DNA of 28,252 bases. It comes from Saprolegnia diclina VS20 (Eukaryota). Shown here one piece after another: positions 10,454-20,402 of the stretch. Within the stretch, counting starts at the first letter, position 1; every line of letters starts with the position of its first letter. The position numbers and the translations under genes are program-made. The stretch spans positions 124,001 through 152,252 of the forward strand of contig NW_008246076.1 of NCBI RefSeq assembly GCF_000281045.1, in the 5' to 3' direction. A model generated the notes under the pieces. The model was given only the letters and a program-made list of their open reading frames with translations, searched no databases and was not told the DNA's origin.

Positions 10454-11286
10454 GCTCCAAGGGCTTGGAATTTCGAATCTGCTCGGAAGACGCCGGCTTC
10501 AACCAGCCAACGTGATTTGGATCGTATTTATACCGTAATTTTCAAATGCACCCACGATCCTCGACGCATTTTGGCCGCATGCACCGATTATCCGGATGAA
10601 TACACGGTGTATTTGACCAAAAAGTCGCTTGCTTGGTCCATGGAGAAGGACCAGTCTTATTTTCATAAAACTTTCGCAAGTTTGAACCAAGTTGAATCAC
10701 CAATTTCAACCAAATAGAGACTTTTCACAAGTTTCAACTGCCTTTCGACGAGCGAACTCGACGTGACGCGCCGTTCCTTGGAAGCCCAGCTTGCACAGAC
10801 CGTCGAAATCACTCAAATTTGGCTGCCCCTTTCTCTCTTCGCCGTGTGACGCTAGGGCCTGGACTGCTCGAGCAACGACCCAAGACACTAGCTAAGACAC
10901 GACTAGCAGACCCGTTGTTGCTGCTCCTTGCCCGACTCTTGGAGACTGGTTTCGCAGTCATTTGATTCGAGTCAGAGCCGAGTCGTGGCATATGGAGAAG
11001 GTGGATCTGAGCCGGTTGGAAGTGCACATCGGTGCATATTATGCGTCAAGTGCGCCTTGGCGTGCCTTGGACCAATGCGAGACGTTGGTGCTGGGACCTC
11101 GCTGCTCATCATGGAACTCGGGTGCAATTACTTCTTCCACGACTTGAAGTTCCGCTGTGTCGCACTGCACTTGGTTGACCTGTTCAGCTCTCAACACAGC
11201 TCAATATGCACCGTTGAAGTAGAAACTTTGCGGTACTGACCACCACCAGATGGAATCATGTGGCAGTAAGCCTGTTGCATCGAAGC

Positions 11287-11304
11287 GCTCACTTTTCAAT
11301 TTCC
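11287..11304 (+). promoter_or_regulatory. Oomycete Inr+FPR core promoter element
   Basis: GCTCACTTTTCAATTTCC closely matches the oomycete consensus GCTCATTYYNCAWTTT and ends 7 nt before the ATG at 11312. Confidence 0.7.
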
Positions 11305-11311
11305 AGCGCAA

Positions 11312-12049
11312 ATGGCTACCAACAGCTCGACCAACAGCAGCCTCACGACCACGTACAGCTTTGCGGCGGCCAACAGCGGCGGCGTCACAGGTACGATTGT
11401 GGTCGCCCGCCTTGCCCAAGGCGCAACGATCACGGCCGACATCGACGTCTCGGGCGCCAATTGGACGGCGTTGAGTGCCGCCGACAAGAACTGCACTGGG
11501 CCAGTCGAGACGTTCACGTGGCACATCCACACCAAGTGGACCAACAAGGCGTCGTCGGCTTTTCTGAGCGGGTGCAGCTTGGCCAACGCTGGCAACCACT
11601 ACGACCCGGCGCCGGCGTGCGGCCCCAACTCGGAGTACATTACCGCTGATACGTGCAAGGCAATTGTCGCTGAGCCAGGCTTCAAGTACGAGTGCACACC
11701 CACGACGTATGCCGCCAAGCCCAAGGCGTGCGAAGAAGGCGACCTCTCCGGGAAGCTCGGCAAGATGAGCGTAAAGAACGGCAAAATTCAGCAGACGTGG
11801 ACTGACATGTACTACCCGAATGCGTCGGCCGCGACGCCGCAGTGGAACATGATGCTGCACGCCGTGTGTGGCAGCGCGACGCCCCGCTTCATCTGTGCGA
11901 CAGCTGCCGGCGCCGGCAACGGGTCGGCGATCGTAGCTCCGACGACCGCGCCCGGCGCTGGTAAGACGCCAACGGCCACTTCGTCGGCGTCGACCAAGGC
12001 CACGACCGTGCTGCTGGCAGCGCTCGCGCTCGCAACTGTCCTCTTTTAA
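11312..12049 (+). CDS. Cu-only superoxide dismutase-like protein with Thr/Ala/Pro stalk and hydrophobic GPI-signal-like C-terminus
   Basis: Motifs WHIH, GNHYDP, CEEGDLSGKLG and MMLHA..PRFICA. The protein ends ...TATSSASTKATTVLLAALALATVLF. Confidence 0.9.
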   Translation: MATNSSTNSSLTTTYSFAAANSGGVTGTIVVARLAQGATITADIDVSGANWTALSAADKNCTGPVETFTWHIHTKWTNKASSAFLSGCSLANAGNHYDPAPACGPNSEYITADTCKAIVAEPGFKYECTPTTYAAKPKACEEGDLSGKLGKMSVKNGKIQQTWTDMYYPNASAATPQWNMMLHAVCGSATPRFICATAAGAGNGSAIVAPTTAPGAGKTPTATSSASTKATTVLLAALALATVLF

Positions 12050-12163
12050 CTCGACTCTGCAATATTTCTCATGTCTTAAACGTGTGTTGCGTTAAATCGA
12101 CGTTAAACGCCATGCGCGTGCCACGTGATGCGTTAAATGCGTCGAACGAGTAAACCCCAACGG

Positions 12164-12963
12164 TCATCTCGGCTCCGACCGACAGAGCGGGCACTCGGCA
12201 CTGCCGTTGAGCCAGTCGAGGACGCATTCTTCGTGGAAGACGTGGTTACATGGGAGCTTGACCACATGCATATCGGCACACTCGACGTCGTGCCAGTCGC
12301 CGAGGCAGATGCTGCAGCAGTCTTCGCTCACAACCGACGCCGTCGTCGACGCCTACATCGCCACCAGTATCACCCCCATACACGCTTTTTCACATCACGT
12401 ACCTCGTCGCTACTCGCGGCAACGACAACATCTTCCAGCGCCAGAATCGCAAGCGTTCGCTTCGCGTCCAGATGCAGCTGCTCTTCCGGAAACGCCAAAA
12501 AGTGCTTGAGCATATCGTGGAGGTCCTTGAGGAGACCGGCGCGCGCGTCGCGGTCAAACTCGGGCGGGAAGCTGCACATGATTTTAACGAGCAGCTGCAC
12601 AAACGCCTCGAGCGCCGCGCGTCGTTCGGCAATGATCGCGGCATTGTCCGCGCGAAAATGGCGGCGCGGGAAGGCTTTGGCCATCCCGTCTTCGAGGAGC
12701 TTGAGCGGCAGAGCGACCTTATCGGACGGCTGCCGCTTGGCACGCTGCATGAGCGACTTGAGCGTTCGTCGGAGGGCGTAAAACTCCGAGTAGCGCTTGG
12801 CAATAGTCCACTTGTGGGGCGTGCGCTTGAATGCAATGTCCATTCGATAGTACGTGACAGAGGCGTACGCTGGCCCAACGCGCGCGACGTTGGACGTCGA
12901 GACCGTCGCGAGCTCCGAGGCGACGAGCTGCGCCCGCTCGAGCCGCGCCGTGTTGGCTGCCAT
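12164..12963 (-). CDS. PX-domain plus C-terminal RING-H2 protein (putative E3 ligase), 2 exons: 12963-12403, 12352-12164
   Basis: PX motifs WTIAKRYSEFYAL, FPRRH and IAERRAALEAFV. A 50-nt intron (12402-12353) joins exon 2, which encodes CSICL...LPCNHVFHEECVLDWL..AECPLCR. Confidence 0.9.
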
Positions 12964-13241
12964 CGATCAAATGGCGGAGAATCGACAAGTGTAGCTACGC
13001 GGGTCAACGGCCGGCGGGTAGGTTTATATATAGACAATAGACGAGCCATGCTTCGCAGCTTCAACAAGGCAATGCCTTTGATGGGGTCATGGAGAGGGCG
13101 CAAGAGAAAGGACAGCGTTGACGTCTAGCTCTACGTTATCTACGGGACGCAGACTGGAAGGAATGAGTGCTGGAGACGGGTCGTGCGAAGGGCCGGTGGA
13201 ACAGGGGTTGGTTCAACGCCTGAAACGGCGGGAGGCGGTCA

Positions 13242-15021
13242 ATGGCGCATCGATTGCATCTCGTGATGCCCGCTGCTCACGTCGAGCGCACGTACAAGCT
13301 GTGCCCGACGCATTTCGGTAAAGGTCGACTCGGCCACCTCTATGACGCCGTTGAGTGCGCGAGGTATCCGTCCCACCTTTGTTCACTGGACCCAGCGATG
13401 GTAGCGGCACGATCGTGTCGGTCGAAGAGGTCCAGCTGCTTGTCGATGTGCCTGATGCCTTTGAATTCATTTACGCGACGATCGAGACCGAGCTCCAGGA
13501 GGTTCATCGTTCTACGCGCTCTCCCGCCCATGATGGGTTCACTAGATGGCGACGTTGCGGGACGAGCACCTCGTCGAGTACATTGGTGTCACATCTGCAG
13601 AGAAGACTCTGTACCTGGTCATGGAGCATACCGCGGGCGGGACCCTTTCCAAGTACGTTTCCTGTCCAATGGCAGATCCCATTTAAGGCGTAGAGTCCTC
13701 CAAGACTTTGGGCGTCTCCACCGGGCGATCATTCCGAGCTACGTGTACCGACTCGTGTGTGGTCTCCAAGCACTGCACACGGTACGCTGGCCATTCTAGC
13801 TCTGACGTTGAGGATGACAAGTAGCACGGTATGGTCCACGGACGGCTCTCGAGCGCCAGTGTCTTTACAGGCGCCCACGGGCATCTCAAAATCGGCAGCT
13901 ATTTCCCGTCGCTTGCCACGACACAGTACATTATGGAGCACCAGTAGGCTGTGGATCTCTCTGCCGTTGCCTGTGATACGATGGCTAGTCCGATCGCCGG
14001 CAAGCTCGTGACACCGCATGTGACGTCGTTGGTCGACGGGGTGTGCCGGGACTTGCGCGCCGTCGGCTGGCTCGTTGCCGAGATGCTCATCGGAACACAA
14101 ATTGTACGTGGACTCTTTGCAGCTCTTTTGAGATGGAACTTACAGCGGGGAATTCACGTTGACGTGCCGCGTATTCTCGCCATGGTCCAGGACTTTCCCT
14201 TGGAACACGCGTTTTTGTCGACACTCTTTGACGTTATCAACGATACGATGCGCTCGCAAGAGGTTGGCGATTATACGAGTACGCTCTTGGGACATGAGTA
14301 CCTTCAACCGTCCACGGTGGCGCACCTCCTGCTCGAACCTGCACCGGCGCCGTACGTACTGAATACCTGAGTATCTCGATACACCGATACACTGATACTT
14401 TAATACTTTTGTAGAATGGAAGATCTGACGTTGCGGCTCGAGCTCGAGACGTGCCTCCGCCTTCGCAGCGAGCTCTCGGTCGAGGTCGAAGCGTGGATGC
14501 GAGGTCGCGAAATCGGGACTGGACTGCGGCGAGATGGGTCGCCTTAATACACTTGTAGAGTTTCAAATGACGACGGGGCGGCATCCAAAGCGCAAGGAGT
14601 GGCCGGCATCGGTCATGGACAAGCAAGTGCGACTTCGCACGCTCAAAGTACGCCTTCAGGAACTCCAAGAGCATGTGCAAAAGGAGGCGATGGCGTCCAT
14701 GGTCATCTGCGGCCGCGCAACCAACACGACGGCGCTGCGTATGCTTTTGGCTTTTGAAATCTTGAAAAAATGATTCCTCGCTGCCTAGGCGCGCCCGCTG
14801 TCGACAGCGCTCGGAAGCGATCGACGGCGCAAACAGCCTTCTTGGCGCAAAATTCGTCGCGCACGAGCTTGGGCGTCGACAGCGAGGTCGACGACAGCAC
14901 GTACGGCGACGACGACGAGGTTGCGTCTGGCCCCTCGCGAGCCGCGAAGCAGCATGTGCTACACCAACGCCGAGAGGTCGCGCGTCTGACATCGTCCTTT
15001 GCCGAGCATCCCGAGTCGTAG
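13242..15021 (+). CDS. Multi-exon protein pseudokinase (STE11/MAP3K-like fold) with coiled-coil C-terminal extension
   Basis: Inferred GT-AG introns: 13364-13395, 13502-13545, 13653-13693, 13782-13824, 13944-13988, 14104-14145 (in frame, optional), 14352-14414, 14504-14558, 14739-14788. The spliced product reads FGKGRLGHLY, IVSVEE, HLVEYIG..LYLVMEH..GGTL, GLQALH..MVHGRL, HLKIGSYF, DLRAVGWLVAEMLIG. Confidence 0.75.
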
Positions 15022-15388
15022 CAAGCGCCCTTGCCGGCAACTGCAAAGTCGAAGAGTGTTGGCGCCAAATACCGAAAAATAGAACTAAAAATTCAGAAAA
15101 TGAAATGGAATCCCGGTCGAGAGAGCGGTCAAGTGGCAAGTTCTTGCAGGATTGCGAGTCGCAACCAAGCGGGATCGTGACGCCCCGGGCTCAGCTCTTT
15201 GCCTTGACGTGAAGGCAGGACGGCCAACCCGAGGTCGCCCAAGCATGTGCCCTGTTTCGTTGACACGCAGCGGCATCCAGCTCATGCTTGCGCAATCGAC
15301 AGTACTTGGCTTTTGTATGGCATCCATTTCACGCCGTGTCCCGCGCGTGCGGATCACAAGAAAATGATGCTGGCGCGGCCTTGTCTTT

Positions 15389-15420
15389 GCCTCCAATTCG
15401 GCTAAATCCGAATTGGAGGC
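15389..15420. repeat. Perfect 13-bp inverted repeat with 6-nt spacer
   Basis: GCCTCCAATTCGG-ctaaat-CCGAATTGGAGGC. Confidence 0.9.
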
Positions 15421-15553
15421 TGAGATTCGGATGATTCGCGCGTGATCCCATGGAAACGTGGTTTTTAGAAACAGGACAATGCCGAATCGTGAAGCAACTC
15501 AGATGGCGCGACCAGGCGCGTTCTTCTTCGACGTTGAAGCAACAAGGATCATC

Positions 15554-15571
15554 CCCAGTTTTCAATTTTCG
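15554..15571 (+). promoter_or_regulatory. Oomycete Inr+FPR-like core promoter
   Basis: CCCAGTTTTCAATTTTCG lies ~25 nt upstream of the ATG at 15597. Confidence 0.55.
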
Positions 15572-15596
15572 CCACCTCGCCAACCCAACCACACTC

Positions 15597-15920
15597 ATGC
15601 TGATGCAAGGCCCGATCCGTGTCCTCACCGAGCGCGTCATGAGCCGTGGCTTTGAGCCGACGGTCGGCCGCCTCCTCGAACAGATGCGGTCGACGGTCTC
15701 CAAGCAGCCGGGGCTTATCTCGGTCGAGACGCTCGGCGATGCCCAAGACTACCACCACCAGGTCACGATTTCGCAGTGGCGCACCCAGAAGGAATACCTT
15801 GCGTGGCGCGACTCGGAAGAGTACAAGAAGCTCTCGAACGCGCTCAGCGAGGTGCTCGACCAGCCCAACTGCAAGACGCGCATCTTGCACGCGCCGCGCG
15901 ACGACATTTTCTTGCTGTAA
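15597..15920 (+). CDS. Antibiotic biosynthesis monooxygenase (ABM) / dimeric alpha-beta barrel domain protein
   Basis: 107 aa, with the ABM pattern QPGLISVETL...VTISQWRTQKEYLAWRDSEEY. The start was chosen downstream of the Inr/FPR element. Confidence 0.8.
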   Translation: MLMQGPIRVLTERVMSRGFEPTVGRLLEQMRSTVSKQPGLISVETLGDAQDYHHQVTISQWRTQKEYLAWRDSEEYKKLSNALSEVLDQPNCKTRILHAPRDDIFLL

Positions 15921-16322
15921 AGCCGCCGCCAGCACTCGTATCTAATGTATTTTTCTTCCGATTTTATTCCCACGATGATACTGCTATTCCTTGGCCAACT
16001 GCGAAAACTCGCCCACGCCCTGGTATCGAGGCGCGTGGGCGCTGGAGGGATGGTGACCCTCTTGCGCAATCGGTCGACACGACGACCGACGGCTGGTTCC
16101 CTGGCTTCTTCCTCTACCGACCAGCCTCGTAGAGCTGCTGGAGCTGGTCGCAGCTCTGGTAGCTAAAACTAGTAGCTAGAGCTGGTCTGGGTTGCGATCT
16201 CGATGGGCCAAGCAAGGTACTCGGTGGCCTGCATCATCATGCCACTTGCTGATGGCGTCTCGTTAATTTCGGCATTTGCCGCGATCTTTCGTCGACCAAT
16301 GGCCTTGCGTCACGCCATTTTT

Positions 16323-17791
16323 ATGGACCAATCGGCAGACGGCATGGCACCAGAGGTCCACGTGCTGAGCGCCGCGGGCAAGCCGATCTTCTCGACCGCC
16401 GCCCAGGACGATGGCGCGCATGCGTCCATGTCGGGTCTCATCCAAGGCATCTCGAGTTTCTCCAAGGACGCACTGCGCGTCATCAAGACCAAGACGACGA
16501 CATTGCACTTTCTGCCGTGCCACCCGCTGCTCTTCTTTTGCGCGCTGCCCGTCGACCATGCAGGTGGCTGCGCTTCGCCTTCGTCCATCGCTCTCGATAC
16601 GATTCTATGGTAGGCCTCAATGTGCCCCGCCTCCTCCTTCTGATTCAGCACCATGTCCTCTTCTTCCTGACCGAGAACGGCCTGCGTCTCGTCGAGACCA
16701 ACCCGAACTATGACCTGCGCAACCTCCTCCATGGCACCGAGGGCCTCCTCGCCTCGTTGGCGCGCATCTGGTCGTCCGCGACGTGGGCGCAGCTCGATGG
16801 CATCGGCCTCCGCGTGTGGCCGATGGCGGACGAGGCGCGTAAGACTCTGCAGCGCACCATGGACGCGCCGGGCCTGCTCTTTGGCCTCATCCTGCGCGGC
16901 GAGTACGTGCTTGCGTATCGGCAAGGTCATAAAGATCACCCGCTTCCGATCAATGGTACAAAGCTCCGCTTGGCGCGGCGACGTTGAATACTGTCGGCGC
17001 TGTAGACGTGCACGTCCTTGGCCACGTGGTCAACCACATGACGTCCTTTCGGTCCACCGAGTCGTGGACACCCATTTGCCTGCCATCGTTCAACCGTAGG
17101 TACACTTATTTCTTATATTTATCTATGATACTACATCGGTGATTGTAGTGGATTCGTCTATGCCTACATTGTCTATACCTCGGTGGACATTTGCACGATT
17201 TTGATCAGCACCAACGAGTCGCAGGACCAGTTTCACACGTTCCAGACGCTGCACAACAACCAGATCTCGCGCGCACTCATGCACTTGCTGTCATTCCAGC
17301 CACCATTGGTCGCGGACGCACCGCCGTCCCTTGCGTCGTACCTCCCACCCGCGTACGAGCCGCTTCTCGTGCACTTTGTGTACCAGCACGCACGGTCCCA
17401 CGAGGTCGTCTCGCCGTCGTTTCAAGGTAGAATCTCCACGAAAACAGAATATGGGCATTGCTACACTGGTCTAGACGCGCCGGCCTTCCAAGACCCAGCG
17501 TTCCAGCGACAAGTGCTCATGCACTACCACACGCTGCACCAGCATTTGCACAGCGCTGGTCACCGCGCCGAGACGCACCGGATCGGCGTGCCCCGGGCCA
17601 AAGACGTCGCACCCGGCGCCACGACGTACTTTTTTCGAACCGACGCGCTCCTCGTAATGGGCCGGGTCTTGGAGAAGCAAGCCGGGTTCATCTACGTCTG
17701 CTGCGAAGGCCTCGTGTCGGCCGAGGACGCCGACCTTATCTGCGACCGCCTCGTTGCCCGCATTTACCAAACTGGTCTCTCTAGCCTTTGA
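16323..17791 (+). CDS. MON1: Vacuolar fusion protein Mon1/SAND (tri-longin Rab7 GEF subunit), introns 16564-16613, 16956-17005, 17100-17148 and probably 17427-17474
   Basis: Motifs VLSAAGKPIFS, NYDLRNLLHGTE and ESWTPICLPSFNRSGFVYAYI appear after splicing at canonical GT-AG sites. Confidence 0.88.
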
Positions 17792-18018
17792 CCATTCTAT
17801 GAATCAAAATCTTGAGTTGATCTATCGTGTTTGGTTCTTACTACCATGCGCGCTGCTGTTGCACCGCATGGACGCGGAAGCCGAACGATGCTTGGCTAGC
17901 AACCCTCACCTAACCTAACCCTACGCAAAACCAGCGAACATTCTAAACGTCTAAGCTTCGACCGCGACCGTCCTCGTTGGGACTTCGTCCGCAGGGCGCA
18001 CTCTGCTTCTTGCAACCC

Positions 18019-18783
18019 ATGATGGACACGATTCTGGCGCCGACGACGCTCCCGATGACACTGCCGCCGTCATCGATGAAAGCAAGCGTGTACGACTTTG
18101 ACCCGGCGACGGCTGCGGGTGTGCACGGGCAGGTCATCGTACATTACAAGAAGCACGGCGCGCGCATTCACGCCCACTTGGATCTGCGCAAGGCCAACTG
18201 GACGGCCTTGAGCGCCATCGATGCCAACTGCACCGGGCCCGTCGATACATTTGGCTGGCATCTGCACACCAAGTGGACCAACGGGAACGTAACCTCGGCG
18301 TTCGGTGCTGGCTGCAGCCTCGCAGCCGCTGGCAACCACTACGACCCGAGCTTGGCCTGTGGCCCGAACTCTGAGCACCAACGAGACACGTGCTTGTCCA
18401 AGGCGCCTGGCGGTGCGTACAACTGCACCGCGGCAACGTACGCAGCCAACGCGACGGCCTGCGAAGCCGGCGATCTCTCGGGCAAATTGGGAACCATGGT
18501 CGCTCGCCATGGACACATCCGCAAGACGTGGCGCGACTGGCACTACCCGTCGCCGCACGAGGCGACGCCGCAGTGGAACTTGATGCTGCACGCCGTGTGC
18601 GGGTCGTCGACGCCTCGTTTCGTCTGCGCGGTCGCCGACAATAGCAAAGCGGCGTGGCACCGCAAGCACAAGGACGAGTTGAGCAAGGTCAACGTGGATA
18701 TTGACATTGACAACGACGATATTGACGTTGACATTGACATTGACATTGACGACGACGAGCGCCACCATCGTCTTCACGATTAG
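18019..18783 (+). CDS. Cu-only superoxide dismutase-like protein with acidic (DI)n / His-rich C-terminal tail
   Basis: Motifs WHLH, GNHYDP, CEAGDLSGKLG and LMLHA..PRFVCA. The tail is VDIDIDNDDIDVDIDIDIDDDERHHRLHD. The start codon is uncertain (18019, 18022, 18055 or 18076). Confidence 0.88.
   Translation: MMDTILAPTTLPMTLPPSSMKASVYDFDPATAAGVHGQVIVHYKKHGARIHAHLDLRKANWTALSAIDANCTGPVDTFGWHLHTKWTNGNVTSAFGAGCSLAAAGNHYDPSLACGPNSEHQRDTCLSKAPGGAYNCTAATYAANATACEAGDLSGKLGTMVARHGHIRKTWRDWHYPSPHEATPQWNLMLHAVCGSSTPRFVCAVADNSKAAWHRKHKDELSKVNVDIDIDNDDIDVDIDIDIDDDERHHRLHD
18697..18756 (+). repeat. Coding hexanucleotide microsatellite (GACATT)n-like
   Basis: gatattgacattgacaacgacgatattgacgttgacattgacattgacattgacgacgac encodes alternating Asp-Ile/Val. 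Confidence 0.85.
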
Positions 18784-19204
18784 AGACCTTGGATTTTTGT
18801 GAAAACTTGAACATACTACAAATCTCACTGATGTGTAAAGACGTCGAGCGTGTGAGCTATCGACTAAGGAAGGCGACGACGCGGCGGCGGCGGTGGGTAG
18901 CAGGTTGGCAACAGCGCACTGTCATAACAGAACGCGTGTCGCTGTAGTCGCTGCGAAGGGCGGCTCGGTTGTCTCTGGTTCTCGCCTTTGTGAGCATACG
19001 TCATACCAACGATACATCTTCAGGCAGTAGTGCTGGCCAAAGTCGCAAGCTCCACTCGCCGACCGAGCAGCAGTCGTAGCTTGTATTAAGTCGTTGTTTC
19101 GGCAATTCGCCAGTACCGGTAGTGCGGGAGTATTGAATTTACATATGAAATGCACCAAGCCACCGGAAAGGCCAGATGCGCCGGCTCTGATTGGACAAAG
19201 TGAA

Positions 19205-19250
19205 CAAGGCCCGTCAAGGCCGCTCACAAGGCCACTCACAAGGCCACCCA
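19205..19250 (+). repeat. 12-bp tandem repeat CAAGGCCRCYCA x3 plus a partial unit
   Basis: caaggcccgt caaggccgctca caaggccactca caaggccaccca. Confidence 0.85.
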
Positions 19251-19269
19251 CCAGGTATCATCGATCCGC

Positions 19270-20083
19270 AATGGGCCGTGCTCGTGCACCCAAGAAGCTA
19301 TCTCCCGCCCGGTACCGTGCACCCGTCCAAGAAGGAGCGTCGGATGCGCCTCGTCTACCCGAATGGGCAGGACGTGTGCTTGGATTGCCGCAACCCCGCA
19401 CTGCTTTGCGACTAAGCTCAACCCGGCCAAGTACAAGTACGTCGCCAGCTATCTCTCGACTTGCGCCAATGGCATGCCTAGGAACACAGTCCACAGACAA
19501 GGCGACAACACGCCACAAGTGCAGCTTCCGCAAGCGCAAGCGACTAGTGGGGACGACGCGTCGCAAGTGCAGCAGCCGCAAGCGCAAGCGACTACTCAAG
19601 CAGACGCGCCCGGCGCGATACCGTCGTACGTCTTACTCTCACTTTCGATGCACTATCTCTTACGTGCTATGTGTAGAATGGTCGAGGATGCGCTCGTAGA
19701 AGGAGCGAGAGGCCACCCTGCCGTCTTTGTACAGTCTGCCCTAAAGATCCTCTCGACGCAGCAAGTGGCCATCGTGGAAATACACGCTGCCCGATGCGTC
19801 CTTGAGCCTTGGCTCGGTTCCAGACCCCGGCGCCTTTCTCTTTGGCGGCTGCGACGTCCACGTCTGGTGCCCGTTCACTTCCTACTCGCATCTCATCGAC
19901 GTTGCCAATCGTGCCCGGCGTGCGGCAGCAAGTACCAACTCCGTAGCATTGCATAAACAATCCATTCATGTCATACAATTGTGCCAACTTCAGCGTGGCG
20001 CCGCCTGGAAACGCCACAGTCGCCGACACCGCAAGCTGATGCTGCGGAGTTACCGACGCAGAGTCGGCAACGGCGCGCGATGA
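19270..20083 (+). pseudogene. Possible degenerate gene or transposon relic
   Basis: Coding-like fragments occur in different frames: a QVQQPQAQAT repeat, then VHVWCPF followed by a frameshift to CPACG. No intact ORF or clean splice path was found. Confidence 0.3.
19501..19596 (+). repeat. 48-bp tandem duplication
   Basis: Units 19501-19548 and 19549-19596 encode GDNTPQVQLPQAQATS and GDDASQVQQPQAQATT. Confidence 0.9.
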
Positions 20084-20402
20084 GCAAATGGGCTACGTGT
20101 TGCTATGTGAGAGCGTGCTAGCGGACGGCGCTAGGGCGATGCGGACATTCCGCCTCTATGTAGCATGCAGCGCCTCTGGCGGCGACGGCATGGGTGGCTG
20201 GCGCTGCGCCGACCGCGCGGCCTGGTGCGCCGCGACGCTATAGAATGCCAAAGCACGCCCTTGATATTTGATCGGCATGCCCAGTATTCGATTTCAAAGG
20301 ATATAAAGTCTCAATCGAGCAATGCCAGTAACTCCTTAGGTCAAAATTAAACGGCCGTTGTTGTTGTTGCTTTGTCCGTTACTCCATCGTTTCTATTTGT
20401 TG

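Noticed and set aside
10940..10985. TTCGAGTC resembling a tRNA T-loop
   Set aside because: No cloverleaf, acceptor stem or A-box can be built.
14237..15139. 300-aa minus-strand ORF
   Set aside because: Arg-rich low-complexity translation, antisense to well-supported spliced exons of the pseudokinase.
16120..16190. AGCT-rich quasi-repeat upstream of MON1
   Set aside because: Irregular low-complexity sequence with no defined unit.
17901..17923. Degenerate telomere-like AACCCTCACCTAACCTAACCCTA upstream of the third SOD
   Set aside because: Short and imperfect; it cannot be distinguished from low-complexity promoter sequence.
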